A DNA stretch of 63,951 nucleotides, filler included, from Circinaria calcarea (taxonomy: Eukaryota): assembly GCA_051942165.1 (NCBI GenBank). It is 4 parts of 4 records of this genome, joined end to end, with 100 filler letters (N's around TTAATTAATTAA, not from the genome) between each part and the next. Parts side by side here need not be neighbours in the genome. Positions count along the whole stretch, not along the records: positions 33,465 to 50,068 come from JAVECS010000312.1; positions 50,169 to 63,951 come from JAVECS010000473.1; 2 more parts are not named here. One strand, given 5' to 3'. A model generated the notes under the pieces. It was not told the origin of the DNA. It did not search any database and saw only the letters and a program-made list of their open reading frames with translations. A program made the translations under genes and the position numbers. Position 1 is the first letter of the stretch. The number at the start of each line of letters is the position of its first letter. Of this stretch, positions 38,459 through 50,892 are shown one piece after another.

Positions 38459-41400
38459 TTATTTAGAAGAGCGGCCGAGGGTCTTCTGAACCTGCTGAGC
38501 GACGTCTATGACGGATTCGGGTATGCCTGGAGGGACGGATAAGCGACGAGAAACGATGACTTGGAAATACCATGGGCTTACCTGCGAGTCGCGCAACCTT
38601 CAGGGCGTGTGACTGTCTATTAACTCCCGGTTTGAGGCGGTGAACGTAGGAAAAGGCACCAGAAGGTGTGTCTACGACATCGGTACAGTAACAGCCCAAT
38701 TCATCCCATTCGCTCGTCATATCGGCTAGGACATGGAAATGCGTGGCGAACAAGGTTCTACATCGATTGGTATGGTAGAGATGATGGAGACAGGCAAACC
38801 CGACCGCAATGCCGTCTTCCGGAGTGGTTCCCCTACCTACTTCGTCCATGATGACAAACGATCGAGGTGTAGCGGTTTTGAGGATACTGGCAGTCTCCAG
38901 CATTTCCACCATAAAGGTAGACTGGTCTTCGAAGAGGCTGTCCGCCGATCCGACCCTGCTGAAGATTTGGTCCACAATCCCAATCTCTGCATGCTCTGCC
39001 GGTACAAAAGACCCGATTTGCGCCAGGATTGAAATCAGAGCGTTTTGCCTTAAAAAGGTACTTTTCCCTGCCATATTCGGTCCGGTGATGAGCCAAATGC
39101 GCTGCTTGTCCCCGACAAGACAGTCATTGCTAATAAAGGTTCTGCCTTGTTCATCGAGTCCAAGCTTTACAGTCGGATGCCTTCCCCCAATGACCTTGTG
39201 ACTTGTTCCAATATTCAAGCTGGGCCGAACAAAGCCTTGTTCCACTGCGACGGCTGCTAGTGAGCAGGCAACGTCGAGTTCGTCGAGTACTGCAGCATTG
39301 CGGCGCAATTTGACTAAATTGGCCACTACTTGCTCACGCAGCTCCTGAAAGACGCACTGCTCTTCTGCGCGAATGCGCACTTTCATCTGGTCAATCTGTC
39401 CTCCAAGGCTTGACCATTCGGGTAGATAAAGTGATCGGGTTGATTTAGTAGAGCTAGCGTTTCGTGCTGTAGCAAGAGTACTCGTCGATGTGCGAACATC
39501 CTTTACACCTCTCACATGGCATATGTGTCCCAAACCCGGAGTCCATCGCAACGTCAAGCTTGTGACTCCAGATCGTTGTCTAAGGTCGGCCGTCAATAAG
39601 CTCTTCGTATCAAAGAGTACCCGCAAGCTCTCATGCAATCTCTTTAAGGTTGGACTTGCGGTTCGGCACATAATCCAGACATCTGCATCATCTAGGCTTT
39701 GCTCCGTCAATGTTCTCGGAGTCGGTTTAGAGCGAGTAATCTGAGAGAACGCTTCCAAATCATCCGCAGCACCCTCACTTTGCAGGATCCCCTGAGCCAT
39801 AGAAACGAGTTTTGCACTTTCATTCTCCTCTTCACGTTGTCTAGCATCCAAACCATCTTCATCAATGGTGTTCTGGATTCGTGCCGCTAATAAGCCAGGG
39901 CCGTCTAGGGCTAGTTGTTTGAACGCTTGTCCCAAAGCGTGACAAATGTTTGAGCTTTCATTTTCAAAGGGGGCTCGGGCTATATTTTGCTTTAGGACCT
40001 CTGCAATGCTCTGTGTGGCAACAATCGTCCGAAGTAGGCTGATTAAATCATCGGCATCACCTCTACCAAGAGAAAACTTTTGTACGAGACGCTGGGAATC
40101 ATGCGTCCTGCGAAGTAGATTTACGATGTCCGCTCGGAGGTCCACGTTCTGAGTAAAACACTCAACAAGGTCCAATCTCTGATTGATAACCGCAAGGGAT
40201 GTCGACGGTGAAGCTATCCACAACAAACAGTATATGTTAGCTAGATGGGTAGCATTTGATTGTATACTGCGCAAGATCTTCGACAGCATATCCCCAAGGC
40301 ACAAGTGGGTAAGAACACGTACATATCCATTCCCGCAACAGTCGGGTTCCACTTTTAGTTACAGTTCTTCTTACTGCATGGAGTAAGCTACCCTTACCGC
40401 CCGAGAGGCCATCTCTGGACGTCTCGAGAACTTCAAGGCCACGCATACTGTGCCTATCTATCATCATACTTTCGTTAATGAGTCTTCTTATCGGTGCTTG
40501 TAATTTAATGCCAAAACCCTGAAGCTTGTCCGTGACGTATCCGAGTAGCATACTGCCTGCTACCACCTCTTGATTCGTGAACATACGTTGTTCCGAATCG
40601 GGGATTGGGGTTTCAAGCATATGTGACCATTCCGATACATTCTTATGGCTTGGCATATTTGACTGCCAGGTGACGAGATTACTGTAATGCCCGAGAACAG
40701 CCGTAACACTCTGCTTTAGACAATCACTCATCGCATTGTCCATTATGATCTCTCTGGCTCCAATCCGTACTAAACTGGTAGGAAGGGCGCTGATTGTAGT
40801 AGATTGAGTATAGAACTCGCCAGCGGATAGGTCTAGCCATGCCAGCCCTGCTGGCTGATCTTTAAGCCTTAATAAGACGGCTTCCCGAAGTGCTAAACTG
40901 CTTATCGCAATAGCCTCTCTGGGCACTTCGTGGTCAATGTCTTGCACGAATATCGCGAGTAGAAAGTTATTCGAACAAGGATCGATAAACTTCTCATCTA
41001 CCAATGTCCCCGGAGTAACAACTCTTGTGACTTTTCGACTGAACAGTAAACCTCCGGACTTGACTTTGCTACTAGCATTGTTCGAGAACTCTTCACTGAT
41101 TGCAACGTACTTGTTTAGATCCTGCACAAGGATCTTCAGGAAGCGGTCAAGTTGGAAGAAAGGGAAGCCGGCCTAGCAGAACGTAAACAAACGCTCTCCG
41201 TATGGTCCTAGCAGTTCTGGATACCATTGACACCGGACCGGCTGTAGTCTTCTTCTGAGCAACCTTGAGATTGAGCAAAGGTCCATACTCCTCGGCGTGT
41301 TCAAGATACAGCTGTAAAGCAGTTAGCTAGGTCGTATACGACCTGCTCTCTACTCCACAAACCTCATAGAAGCCTCCAACCCTGGTCAAAAGTACACAGT

Positions 41401-41719
41401 TGTCGAACTTTCGCATATTGTTCCTAGCCTCCTGTACCACGGTCGGATATGCTGGGCCATCGTCTGAGGTACTGCTGGGTTTCGACTCTGCTCTGAGTAC
41501 CCCCTGAGGAAGTTCATCAAGCAACACTGTTGCTTTGGATTTCACGCCTCGCCTTTGTACGGGAAAGCCTCTTGGGATGAGGTGCAATAGTGATCGGTAG
41601 CTGTGGGACGCGGAACATTGGCCAATTTGACCTATACAGATTCTAAGGCCTCTCAAAGGACTTTTTGGAAGACTGAAGTAACGGAAATGGGATAATCTCA
41701 CGGTGGTCCCATGCAGCAT
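38459..41719 (-). CDS. MSH1: Mitochondrial MutS homologue Msh1
   Basis: Arg/Ser-rich presequence, LLTRVGGFYE, MAGFPFFQLDRFLK, RVVTPGTL, Walker A TGPNMAGKSTFLRQ, STFMVEMLET, DEVGRGTT, ATHFH and SHALKVARLAGIP. Confidence 0.95.
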
Positions 41720-42433
41720 ACTGAATGCTGCAGGAATTTGAAAAGCGAGAGGCGCGCATTCTCAGCCCTATTCTACTAAATCTGCCGCACTATTCTTAGT
41801 TTAGTGGATCCTCATCTCATGCCATAGAACTGCTTGAGCTTTTGTTGCTATGTCACAGATAATTTAGGGATGCAGATCCCACCAACCGACAGTAGCATCA
41901 CTTCAAACTGACTGACATGTTTGGTAGAGATACGCAGAACCGAGAACATCTTTGACTACGGTGCTATCTTCAGAGAGTCTTTGGTCGCCGACAAGGACAC
42001 AAACTGCCCCAAAGAAGTGGAAAGACCGGATTTGAAATCTAAACTGTCTTCATCCATCTATTGCCCCTTAGCGCCACGCGTCAGAAGACGGACATAACAT
42101 TCATGCTGCGCCAACAACAAAGGTTGAAAGCAAAGCTACCGAAAATAGCCCACCAGCCAAAGAGAATCTGAAGTGCCATACAATTGTCCCAGCAAGTAAC
42201 AATGCAAGCTATCTGCAGCTTCTCCAAACGTGACTGGCGCTAGCCAGAACCATGCAAAGTTCGTTAAAAGCGTGACAAAGGGGATGACAGCATCGCACAA
42301 AAGGTTGATGGGGACCACAAAGCTTTGGCCGAGGCAAGATCTGTTTGCTCGACAATCGAGCTGACAGGAAGGTCGTAACCAGCTGCACGGACGCAGATCA
42401 ATTCATCCACATCAACTTCAATGAGCCCTTCCT

Positions 42434-44132
42434 TTATTGAGAGGCACATTGCATTCTTTCACCGCCTGCCGGAATCCCGTCCTCCTCCTCGTCCTCCATC
42501 GTCGCTCCTGCCCGACGTTGTCCGCTGTGATCCACGTTTTCAAGGTAATCTACGTTGGTGATTATAGTTCCGGGGGGTAGCTGAGGCGGAGGAGCTGTTT
42601 GCGATACGGGCAGAGGTTCGAAAGGAATGCGGTCCTCTGGTAGTACTGGTAGCTTTTGTCGCTGCGGAGGCGGAGGCAGATCTGTATCCATTCGCCCTTG
42701 TGCCAGTGCCTTCTCATGCTCGGTTTGCAGCTTCTTATACTCGGCTTCTAGCTTCTTATACTCGGCTTCGAGCTTCCGTATCTCCGGCGCTCTCGAAGCT
42801 AAGATTGGTTCCTTATACAAGAGCTCGCTTTGCAGTCTCTCTACCTCATCTTCCGGACTCTCTTGTTCAATTAATCCGTTTGTTTGACCAAGGACATGCA
42901 TCAAAGACTGAACGTGCCCCTGATCAAGTGAATTCAACCGGGAAGGATACTTGACATCAAATTGGATGTAGAGATTGCCTTTGAATTTTGGATCTCTCAT
43001 CATTGGCATACCCTCGCCTCGGAGCATCTTAACAGTACCTACAATAATTAGCAAGGACCTGAGAGCATACTAATGCACTTGACTTGCCTGGCGTAATAAC
43101 TTCTCCTGAGTCTAGACTTATGTGCAACCACCGCATGGGTATCTCTGGACTGCGATCCAGGCATTCAATCCACAAGTCGCCGCCTACCAATGCAGTGAAA
43201 AGATTGATCTCGGCTTGATAGAAGAGATCGTCACCCTTCCTCTGGAACCGGGGATGTGGTTTTTGCTCGATTTCAAATTGAACATCGCCAGGCTGGATAC
43301 CCGGTGCCTGATCTCCTTCGCCGCGGAAATCAATCTTGTATCCACTCGGTACGCCTTTCTCCACATTCACATACAGAACTTTTCTCTCGACGATAGTCTT
43401 CTTGCCTTTGCATTTGCGACATTTATCTTTCTCGCGAACAATCTCACCTTCTCCTTGGCAATCCGGACAGACGGTTTGGAAGCGCTGAATTACTGGTCCC
43501 ATCTTTCGCATTATGGTCTTCATGCCGGCTCCTTGACATCCACTACATGTCTTAACGGCGCCTACTTTCCCTCCGCGTCCATCGCAATCAGGGCAGATGA
43601 CGGATTTTTGAAGCGCGAGCTTCGATTCTTTCCCGTTGTAGATATCTTCAAGGCTCACTTTGTGGACATGGTGAATTGTTCTAGCTTTCTTGGGCCCAGT
43701 CTCACGCATGCCTCCACCAAACATGCTGCCGAGCCCACCTCCACCGAAGAATTGTGAGAAGAGGTCCTCTGCGTTCATGCCACCTGCGCCACCCTGCTCG
43801 GAGAGACCTGCTTCGCCATATTGATCATATGCAGCGCGTTTCTGTGGATCTGACAATACTTCGTATGCCTTGGAAATGTCTTTGAATGTGTCTGCAGCGC
43901 CTGGGTTGTCACGATTCTTGTCTAAAGCAGTTTGTTAGCTACGCCGGACAAGAATATTACTAGAACTATACCTGGATGATACTTCAGGGCTCCTTTCTTG
44001 TATGCAGTTTTAAGCTGAGCTTCTGAGGCATCGGGCGGCACCTATTCATTCCAGTAATCAGCAACCGCTTATCCTGTTCGGAAGAGCGCATCCTACCCCA
44101 AGGAGGTCGTAGAACTTTGATTCCTTGACCAT
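42434..44132 (-). CDS. YDJ1: Type-I Hsp40 co-chaperone Ydj1/Mas5 with an unusual C-terminal insertion
   Basis: MVKESKFYDLLGV, HPD split by an intron, G/F region, four CxxCxGxG-type zinc motifs, PGDVQFEIEQKPHPRF, GEGMP and CaaX box CASQ. Confidence 0.95.
42710..42772 (-). repeat. 3 x 21-bp in-frame tandem repeat (LEAEYKK LEAEYKK LQTEHEK heptads)
   Basis: Plus-strand units cttctcatgctcggtttgcag / cttcttatactcggcttctag / cttcttatactcggcttcgag. Confidence 0.9.
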
Positions 44133-44762
44133 TTTGCGTTGAGGTTAGGGAGTAAGGTCTTGAGGAATGTTCGACTGGGATGGATTTGACTTCAGGTAGA
44201 AGCCACTCTGCAGTTACTTGTTCTGGAGACTTGAAGCCCAAAGATGAACCCTGGGAGAGATGAAGGGGCCTTGTGTGAGTTTATTGTCAAGTTTAAAGTG
44301 AAAGGGTTGACTGGGCTGAAAGATAGACGATAACTGAAGACGGAAAATGCAGAAAATTAATAAGCCCATGAACGCGAGGCAACAACGCTTTACCTATTCA
44401 GGATTTAGGGGATTCGCCGTGATTCTAAGTGGTTCTATGCCTTCTAGCGTCTCTTTGGGAAAATACAACACAATTCATCCTCTGACAAACGCGTGAGGGG
44501 TAGACGAAATACTAGCAAGTCAACTTTTAAAGTGATACCCCTCCCAAATCTGGTCGATATTAGATCTGATCTCACGTGGCTAAATTTAGAAAAGTCCGTA
44601 TGTGGCTCTTCAGGTCCTGTTCGAATAGGGCTTAGGTTCAAATTAAGGAATCCGGCAATCGAGATCTACAGAGGCTAAATTTCTTTTTCGAAATGAAAGT
44701 TTCCTTTCTACGTCGATGACTCGGAATACATCAAGATACAAATATCTTCTGTACTTATCACT

Positions 44763-45400
44763 ATGGAACAAGACCTAGGTTTCCTTGCGGCAATTGAAGA
44801 AGCCAAGTTAGGAGCAAAGGAGGGTGGTGTCCCAATTGGAGCATGCCTTGTCTCCAAGGATGGCAAAATACTTGGCAGAGGGCACAACATGAGAGTCCAA
44901 AAGGGCAGCGCGACTCTACACGTAGGATGCTAGCATTTGCTTGTTCTCTGTTCAGCAGGAAGCAGGTCTGACATGAATAACATCAGGCGGAAATGTCCGC
45001 ACTCGAGAGCACGGGTAGACTGCATTATTCAGAGTACCGAGGGGGTACTATGTATACCACTCTATCGCCGTGTGACATGGTAAGCCTTTCCCATACATTG
45101 TATTTGTATGTGCGGATTACTGATGCAATTTCCTAGTGCACTGGTGCTTGCGTGCTCTTCAAGGTTGGTCGTGTAGTGATTGCCGAGAATCGCAATTTCG
45201 TGGGTGGAGAGGCCTATCTGAAGGAGAAAGGGATTGAGGTTGTTGTATTGCAGAATGAAGAGTGTATAAAGCTGATGGCAAACTTCATTAAGGAGAAGTC
45301 CGAAATCTGGTGCGTGTGCTTGTCCAGAGTCTCTCAGAAAATGCCGTGAGGCTGAATACTGACGTGTCATAGGAAGGAAGATATACTTCCTCACGAATAA
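44763..45400 (+). CDS. FCY1: Cytosine deaminase
   Basis: EGGVPIGACLV, GRGHNMRVQKGSATLHAE, zinc motif YTTLSPCDMCTGAC and EIWKEDI. Four exons. Confidence 0.95.
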
Positions 45401-45476
45401 TAATTGACTTCTATGCCTTAGCTAGTGTCCCGTTAGTCTACCGCTCATGTCACATAGACTCTAATATGCAACTGCG

Positions 45477-46753
45477 TCATGATTCCGTTCTCTTATCAAC
45501 GAGCATTCCGCCATTAGGAAGTGGTTTGACGGGTCCACCCGTACAGCGCCGTACTTCATGGAAGAAGAACTCCAGATTATCAGGATTCACGCCTGGAGTG
45601 ATTCCTGGTGATGGTTCAGTAACCTATAAAGAATGGAGTGGTTTGATCCTACCATGGCCTAAGTTGACAATCCACCCCTTTTCAGCTCCCTTAAAGCCGT
45701 TCACCATATCTTGTACAGTGTTCGTGATAGCTTTCTTTGCACCATATAGGATCCCAGGATCAGCGTTCCCCTGCAACACTACCCGGCCTCTGGCGATTTT
45801 GACAGCGTCCGCAGGATCCTGGAGCCAATCTAAGCCTACCACCTGGTATCCTAATGCGCAGAGTTCATCCAATGCGTACCATGCACCCTTGGCGAACACA
45901 ACCATTGGTACCTTTTCCAATTTCATCTCTTTCAGCTGCGCAGGAAGATGGATAGATATGTATCGCAGAAATGGTAGCGAAAATTCCTTGAACGTAGATG
46001 GCGACAGTTCTCCTGCCCACGAGTCAAAGACTTGTACAATCTGTGCTCCAGCCTGTACTTGTAGCGCTAGATATTTGACACATATTTCTGAGATCCTCCC
46101 TAGTAGTTTCTTACTCTCGTCGGGGTAAGTGTATATCCATTTCTTTGTTTCTGCAAATATCTTGCTACCACCTCCTTCAACCATGTAACAAAGTAGAGTC
46201 CAGGGTGCCCCACAAAAGCCGAAAAGCGGTACTTTGCCCTTTAACTTGTGTCTTGTCATTGTGATCGCCTTGCAAACATAATCTAGCTCCTTCTCGACAT
46301 CAACCTTCCTATCCATCAGCGCCTTGAATTGTCCATCCTCGGGTGATTTAAGTGGATTAGGAAAATGTGGGCCCTTGTTTTCCAGCATTTCTACCGTCAT
46401 TCCCATGGCTTGAGGTATGACGAGTATATCGGAGAAGATGATAGCAGCATCGAGGTAGCCTTCATAGCGTTCAATTGGTTGGAGAGTGAGCGTTGACGCG
46501 ATTTCGGGAGTACGACAGCATTCGAAAAAGTCACGCGCGCCTTTGTACTCTTTGTATTCGGGGAGGTAGCGACCGGCTAGGAGGAGCTTTCAATTTTGTA
46601 TCACATTAATAGAAGAACAAAACTACCTTGCCGCATTACCCATATCGGCGGCCAGTCGATTTCTCTCTTCTTGATAGGGCTTTCTTCTTGCGGAGTTTGA
46701 CTCCATGCCGCCTGGAGGAGCAGGTCATTCGTCAACTTTGGAAACTCTGTCAT
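45477..46753 (-). CDS. HEM12: Uroporphyrinogen decarboxylase
   Basis: [56 protein letters not shown] and NLGHGITP. Two introns. Confidence 0.97.
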
Positions 46754-47100
46754 TATCAACCCGTAAGCGTAGACATGGGTCGTCGGAGTGAATGCTCGTA
46801 GAATCTTGATGAATGGCGATTAACAAGAGTATCAAAAATTCGTTTTAGTTCTCGGCTCTCAATAGTCCGCTCCAGAATGATAACCCGGCAAGGGGTAGTC
46901 CCGAGCCTGAAGGCCCTAACGCCAGGGGTTGAAAGGGTGTGCACAAATTGTAGAATTCGCAAACTATGGTCACTAGGTTTAACAATGACTGAGCAAAAGA
47001 TTCTTCCTCTGTCCTGGAATTTTCATCGTGACCACTCATCTCTCTAGAAGCCGTAACGTCGGTAGCTTTCTGCACGACTCCGTTTACATACGGTGTTGAT

Positions 47101-48850
47101 CTACTCTTCCCGGCCCCTTTTCCTCAGGTTCTCGATACCATACAAAAGGTCACTCAGCAAAGAGTCTTCACTACCTGTTTGTGCAGATTGACTCCCCCGT
47201 AATGCTGCCCAGTCATTGATAGCAAGCAGTATACTCTCGAAGTCATGTCCTTCTACCCATCGCCTACTATCAGCATCGTAGCTAAATGCTGCTAATGCCG
47301 GCCGATTGCCGGCGTTCTCAACAACCGTCGTTGTGAGAGGAACATGCACGTTATCCATCGTGACCAGGAAAGACCTTTGTCCTTGCAGAATCGCTACATC
47401 GAGAACGTTTCCTTCGACCAGGAGGCATTGACGAAATTCAAGAACATGGCTTGACGTTATACCATAGATGAACAGTGCAGGAATCCTGAGAAGCAAGTTA
47501 GCATGCTTCACGATTACAGGTGGATACACAACTTGCCCTTCACACGCAACAATCAATTCACCAAGATCATCTCCCATCTTGTTCGTTGAGATGTGTATAT
47601 CCCATATCCCAGAGACGGCAATGCTGAGTATGTTACCTGAATCACTTATGGTTTGGTTTTCGATACTCGGGGTTGAACCATTCTCCTTGACCTTTTCTAC
47701 TAACTTGTTTGTGGCGGCTTCCACCGTAGCCTTTAGATTAATTTTCTGACGTACACTTCCAGTTATCCAGTCCCAGACAAGAAGGAAATCATCTCCCCCC
47801 CCTGATACCAGTGTCTCCGGACTTCGGAATGGGACGCAGATTTTACTGATAAATTCAGTATGACCTAAGCAGTACCCTTCGATGATATGGGCTTGAGGTA
47901 GACCTCGGGACACTCTGATGTGCTCATCACGATCGGAGGTGATTATATAGTTACGTAACTGGTTGGGACCCGACTCTTGCGGTTTTATAGTAACGTATGT
48001 AATATCCGTCAGGAGTGACACGTGTCCGAGTATTAACTCATGATCAAAACCGAGAATCTTCTTCTCCGCTACTTTGTTTGCCATAATTTGCTGATTCCTC
48101 AGGGCTTGTTGGTTTCGCTTGGTATGGACAGTCGATAAACTTGCAGCGGGGACATATAGCTTTTGCTCCGGAGCTACATCCGCAATCTCGCTATCCAAAG
48201 AAGATCCATTAATGTCTTCTGATCTGGTGGGACTAGTTATCTTCAAAGGCAAAGCGTAGACATCGCCGAACTTGTCAGCACACACAATTGTCCTTTCATC
48301 AGTGGTCAGAATCACCGAGCATGGTCGTTTCGGCATATGTCTAGAATGGAATTAGCCATCTCCTTTACTCTAGTAATCTACTTTACCTTTCACTAATGGT
48401 TTCTAAGGAGCTATCCTTGTGTATCCCGAAGACTCTAATACATTTGTCCTCACCGGTAACCGCAATCAAGTATTTCCCGTCAGATGTACCAAGGAGCTTG
48501 ATAACAGAAGGGGATAATGAGTTATAAGCTCTTGGTTTTCGACGCTTACTCCAATCATTCTCTACCACAATCTCCGTAGAGGTACTTTCTGAAACATTGC
48601 CCGAGGATGACACCTTAAGTCGTTTCCCAGGAGGCTCGGTAATTGTCTCTTGAACCTCTGCCTTGAATTCTAGATTTGTAGAGACAATGTCATCTGAACG
48701 ATCTGATTTCTTCTCTCGTGGCCATGAAAATAACAGAGATCCATCAGAAGCACTAAAGGAGAGTATTGAAGACACAGATGCAGCGAATATGACATTAGTC
48801 CGCTCATCAGACCTTGAACAATAATATACGCATTGCAATGGCCGTGGCAT
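47101..48850 (-). CDS. TRM82: tRNA m7G46 methyltransferase non-catalytic WD40 subunit (Trm82/WDR4)
   Basis: VTGEDKCIRVF, MPKRPC, CADKFGDVY, LGHVSLLTD, DRDEHIRVSR, LGHTEFIS, SGGGDD and C-terminal ENLRKR. Confidence 0.93.
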
Positions 48851-49133
48851 ACTAAAAGGCGTGCAATCAAGCTTGTACCGATGAAAATGGCCAACCTATG
48901 ATAGATTCCAGGTGCACACTATGATTTACCCCAAGCACAAAAATATATTGCCAGGGATCTATCTACGTACCCGGTCTTAGCTAGAATAAGCGAGCTAGGC
49001 GCACAACCTCCCAATTTCGCAGAACTTCCAAAACATTAGTAAAAGACATCGACAGCAGCGTCAATCCGCCGCACATTCACAATCGCAACCCAACCTTGAC
49101 CCTTAAATAGCCTATCTTCAATCACAAGGAGAT

Positions 49134-50068
49134 ATGGGGGGCAAGACTGCTAACAAAGCGGCGTACTTTGACAAGCTCAAGGCCTTGTTGGAAGAATACA
49201 AGTCGATTTTCATCGTCACAGTTGACAATGTCAGCTCTCAGCAAATGCACAAGATTCGTAGGAGTCTTAGGGGGGATGGTGTCGTATTGATGGGTAAAAA
49301 TACTATGGTATGGTGATGCCCATGATTGGTACAACATCGGGATGGGATGCATAGGCAGCTATTGAATTGAAGCGCTGACTCTCCTCTTTATAGGTTCGCC
49401 GAGCCATCAAGGGCTTCATCACCGATTTCCCCGAATACGAGCGTTTGCTGCCTCATGTCAAAGGTCTTGACACTCCTCCGAACTTCATCCGGGCAACTGA
49501 CTGACAAGTCTTAGGCAACGTTGGCTTCATCTTTACCAATGCGGATCTCAACAAGACTCGAGATGTCATCCTCGCGGAAAAGGTAGCTGCACCAGCTAGA
49601 GCCGGTGCAGTCGCTCCTTTGGATGTCTTTGTGCCCGCTGGAAACACTGGCATGGAGCCGGGTAAAACTTCATTCTTTCAGGCACTTGGTGTACCAACAA
49701 AGATTGCTCGTGGAACCATTGAAATCACAACCGATCTTAAGCTTGTCGAGGCTGGAACTAAGGTCGGAGCGTCAGAGGCCACTCTTCTCAACATGTTGAA
49801 CATCTCTCCTTTCACGTATGGTATGAGTATCGCGCAAGTCTACGACCAGGGGCAGGTATTCAGCCCTGATGTGCTCGATATCGAAGAAAGTCAGCTCTTG
49901 GCCGCTCTTAATTCCGCCATCAAGACCATCACCACAATTTCTCTTGCAGCCAATTACCCAACCTTGCCTTCCATCATACATACGCTCATCAATGGCTACA
50001 AGAATGTGTTGGCGGTCGCCATCGAAACAGACTACAGCTGGCCTGCGATTGAGGAACTCAAGGATCGT
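49134..50068 (+). CDS. RPP0: 60S acidic ribosomal protein P0 (uL10), 3' truncated at contig end
   Basis: [53 protein letters not shown] and [26 protein letters not shown]. Confidence 0.98.
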
Positions 50069-50168
50069 NNNNNNNNNNNNNNNNNNNNNNNNNNNNNNNN
50101 NNNNNNNNNNNNTTAATTAATTAANNNNNNNNNNNNNNNNNNNNNNNNNNNNNNNNNNNNNNNNNNNN
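50069..50168. other. Artificial contig linker
   Basis: N44-TTAATTAATTAA-N44. Confidence 0.99.
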
Positions 50169-50481
50169 GAGGTGGAGAGGGCGGCGGTGAGGGCGGTGCT
50201 GGCAATGGAGGCGAGCTCGGCTTTGGAGGGGGGCCGGGATTTGAGTTCGGCCTGGGAATTCTTAGCCGGAGGAAGTATGGGATGAGGTGAAAGACAAGGA
50301 GGAAGACAAGGGGGAAAGGGGGCCAATGTACCTCGCGTTCCTTTCGGATGCGGCGTTGGGTGTAGGTTTCTTTTTCTTTGGGCTTGGAGGGCTCCTCTAT
50401 AGCCATGGACATGTAGTCGTCTTCCTCGTTGTTGGTTTCGGTGACTGGAGGAGGTGGAGCGGTGGTGGATGAGGGTGACAT
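50169..50481 (-). CDS. N-terminal fragment of a GPATCH11-like G-patch protein
   Basis: EEDDYMSM...KETYTQRRIRKERE | intron | AELKSRPPSKAELA...ALSTS, which resembles the fungal GPATCH11 N-terminus. The G-patch itself lies beyond the contig end. Confidence 0.7.
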
Positions 50482-50892
50482 GGTGGTTGCTGATAGTTAT
50501 CTGAGGTGGATTCGGTATAGCCGGTTTCCATGTGAAGAGGTGTATCTAGTTGTTCGAGACTCTATGGATGTGAAGTTAAGGTGTGGTCGGGGGGTACGGC
50601 AATTAAGCTACCGGTGCTATCTATGTGAAGGCATTTCTTTTGAGACGATTGTAAACACAGTAATGGTGATACATATACATTAGTAAATTCTCGGTTAGGG
50701 CTACCAGGGGCTCTTTACGTGGGTGAAGGGTTTTATAGCATAGATAAATTTCAAAGCAAAGCATCTCGCTATCAAGGATATACGGGTCTTTGTCATCGAC
50801 ATGGATCGCTCTAAAGTAGTTTATTGGGTATCATTTAATTCGATGCTTCTAAATTACAGCTCCGAAATATTACATTCCCGGCGTCATTCCAC

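Noticed and set aside
44420..44446. Three TTC units upstream of YDJ1 resembling a step-type heat-shock element
   Set aside because: Spacing is 10 then 9 bp, and such short motifs arise by chance.
49308..49393. Possible intronic C/D snoRNA in RPP0 intron 1
   Set aside because: Box C is imperfect (GTGATGC), the CTGA coincides with the branch site, and no terminal stem or rRNA guide is evident.
36401..50068. APH kinase, cytosine deaminase and HEM12 as a possible resistance or metabolic cluster
   Set aside because: All are ordinary conserved fungal genes with unrelated functions. There is no backbone synthase, transporter or regulator, and the APH-fold protein is the ACAD10/11 type rather than an antibiotic kinase.
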